From positions 10,278-74,277 of the IMG/VR virus record IMGVR_UViG_2836824207_000004: DNA of 64,000 nt; one strand, written 5' to 3'. Each line of letters begins with the position of its first letter. The stretch's first letter is position 1. The stretch is from a virus. Its lineage: Duplodnaviria > Heunggongvirae > Uroviricota > Caudoviricetes. The translations under genes were made by a program, and so were the position numbers. Below are positions 62,982-64,000 of the stretch, piece by piece. The notes under the pieces are model-generated. The model was not told where the DNA came from and did no database searches. It saw nothing but the letters and a program-made list of their open reading frames with translations.

Positions 62982-63845
62982 ATGAAAAAATCGTATTTAG
63001 TTTTAGCACTCACGGCAGCATTAAGCCTTTCTGCTTGTACGCCATTCTCAGTGGACGAGGGGGAAATTGGGTTAGTTACCAAGTATGGCGAAATTGTCGA
63101 AACAAAATCGGCAGGTTTGCACTGGCGGTCGTGGTTGGAAGATGACATTAAGTTTTCCACCCGTGAGCAAAAAATCACGTTAGGTTCATTCGATAGTTCT
63201 GGAGATTTAACAAGTGGCATTTCTGCCTACACTCGCGATACACAGACCGTTACTACCGCTTTAGTGATTACTTATAAGCTCACTGACCCAATTTTAGTTT
63301 ATAAAAACTACCGCACTACGGAGAATATGATTAACCAGCTAATTGAGCCACGCAGTCGCCAAGCCCTTGAAATTGTGTTCAGCGGCTACACGGCCCAGCG
63401 TGCTTTGGAAAACCGAGCAAAACTCACAACGGATATTACCGCTCAAATTCGCGAAGCAGTAAAAGGCTATCCACTGGAAATCACGGCGGTTCAAACGGTT
63501 ATTCAGTTTAACAAAGAGTATGAAAAGCGAGTTGAAGAAAGCGTGCAGAAGAACGTTGCAATTCAGACCGCAGAGCGTGAGCTGATTATCCAGCAAAAAC
63601 AGGCGGAGATTGTAAAAGTCAATGCACAAGCTAAGGCAGACGCTGAGGTTATTCAGGCAAAAGCTGACGCGGAGAAAGTACGTTTAGCGGGTGAGGCAGA
63701 GGCCGCTGCTATCCGCGCCAAGGGTGAAGCGTTGAAAGAAAATCGTCAACTCGTTGAACTCACCGCTGCGGAAAAATGGAATGGTGTACTACCAACCACA
63801 ATGACACCAAATAGTTCAGTGCCATTTATTAAGGTAGGTCAATAA
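62982..63845 (+). CDS. SPFH/band-7 (prohibitin-like) lipoprotein
   Basis: Lipobox LSLSAC. SPFH core ...GEIGLVTKYGEIVETKSAGLHW... and an Ala/Glu/Lys-rich coiled coil. Confidence 0.7.
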   Translation: MKKSYLVLALTAALSLSACTPFSVDEGEIGLVTKYGEIVETKSAGLHWRSWLEDDIKFSTREQKITLGSFDSSGDLTSGISAYTRDTQTVTTALVITYKLTDPILVYKNYRTTENMINQLIEPRSRQALEIVFSGYTAQRALENRAKLTTDITAQIREAVKGYPLEITAVQTVIQFNKEYEKRVEESVQKNVAIQTAERELIIQQKQAEIVKVNAQAKADAEVIQAKADAEKVRLAGEAEAAAIRAKGEALKENRQLVELTAAEKWNGVLPTTMTPNSSVPFIKVGQ

Positions 63846-64000
63846 TGGTAGATGTACTTGAGGTGATTTTTTATTTAATCTGTATCGGCGTAATGTGCTT
63901 AGTTGGCAATGTGATGTACGAGTCAAAAAAGCTACTTAAACGCCAGCAAGATCAAGTTGAGATGCAAATCAAGAAACTTCAATCAGACAATAAGGAGTAA
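63845..64000 (+). CDS. small TM protein (51 aa) coupled to the SPFH gene
   Basis: ATG overlaps the SPFH stop (TAATG). Sequence MVDVLEVIFYLICIGVMCLVGNVMYESKK.... Ends exactly at 64000. Confidence 0.4.
   Translation: MVDVLEVIFYLICIGVMCLVGNVMYESKKLLKRQQDQVEMQIKKLQSDNKE

Noticed and set aside
1-64000. Search for integrase or attachment site
   Set aside because: No tyrosine or serine recombinase motifs were seen in any sizeable ORF. The tRNA-like element is not a canonical host tRNA, so the prophage ends are probably outside the window.

Overview
This 64-kb window is almost entirely prophage or mobile DNA. The host looks like a Pasteurellaceae genome with Hin-type uptake signal sequences (AAGTGCGGT/ACCGCACTT) occurring many times, often as inverted pairs that form bidirectional terminators. 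The sequence is AT-rich.

The right third (39.1-64.0 kb) is a lambdoid early region. On the minus strand it runs small terminase, an XRE-family regulator at the Q position, NinG, a small membrane protein, Dam, a DnaC-like loader, an O-like replication initiator, Rha, a CII-like protein and a Cro-like protein. A CI-like repressor is transcribed divergently from Cro and has no LexA-type peptidase domain. The operon leaving the repressor rightward carries an HTH gene, a two-gene module at the position lambda uses for rexAB, rrn-type boxA antitermination elements, a DUF1508 gene, an HNH endonuclease and a tRNA-like element. It continues with an 18-bp tandem-repeat (6-residue-repeat) protein, RecT, a YqaJ exonuclease, SSB, RdgC, three methyltransferase-like genes including a C5-methyltransferase, and an SPFH lipoprotein.

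The left part (1-36.8 kb) is a mosaic of late or virion modules. Each is preceded by one of six copies of a 17-bp near-palindrome TTTTCCTATTAGGAAAA. It contains:
- P2-like baseplate and tail-fibre pieces (W, J, I, H and a tail-fibre assembly gene on the minus strand), with a gpV-like spike gene stranded about 22 kb away on the plus strand.
- A holin, M15 endolysin and Rz/Rz1 lysis cassette.
- A 1014-aa ejection-type protein with a lysozyme domain.
- A P1 Dar-like set of very large proteins: a 1401-aa repeat protein, a Nudix-plus-N6A-methyltransferase protein split by frameshifts near G/C-5 runs, and an SNF2 helicase at the window edge, plus a SWIM zinc-finger protein.

Accessory cargo includes an island carrying HigBA and a membrane-anchored DUF4041/T5orf172 protein. 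There are also two inverted 1.4-kb antirepressor cassettes and a third related leader, each headed by a conserved structured leader RNA that shows compensatory base changes.

No integrase, large terminase, capsid, sheath or tube, or tape measure protein was recognisable. The element therefore looks rearranged or defective, or continues outside the window. Coordinates of small features were read by eye and may be off by a few nucleotides.
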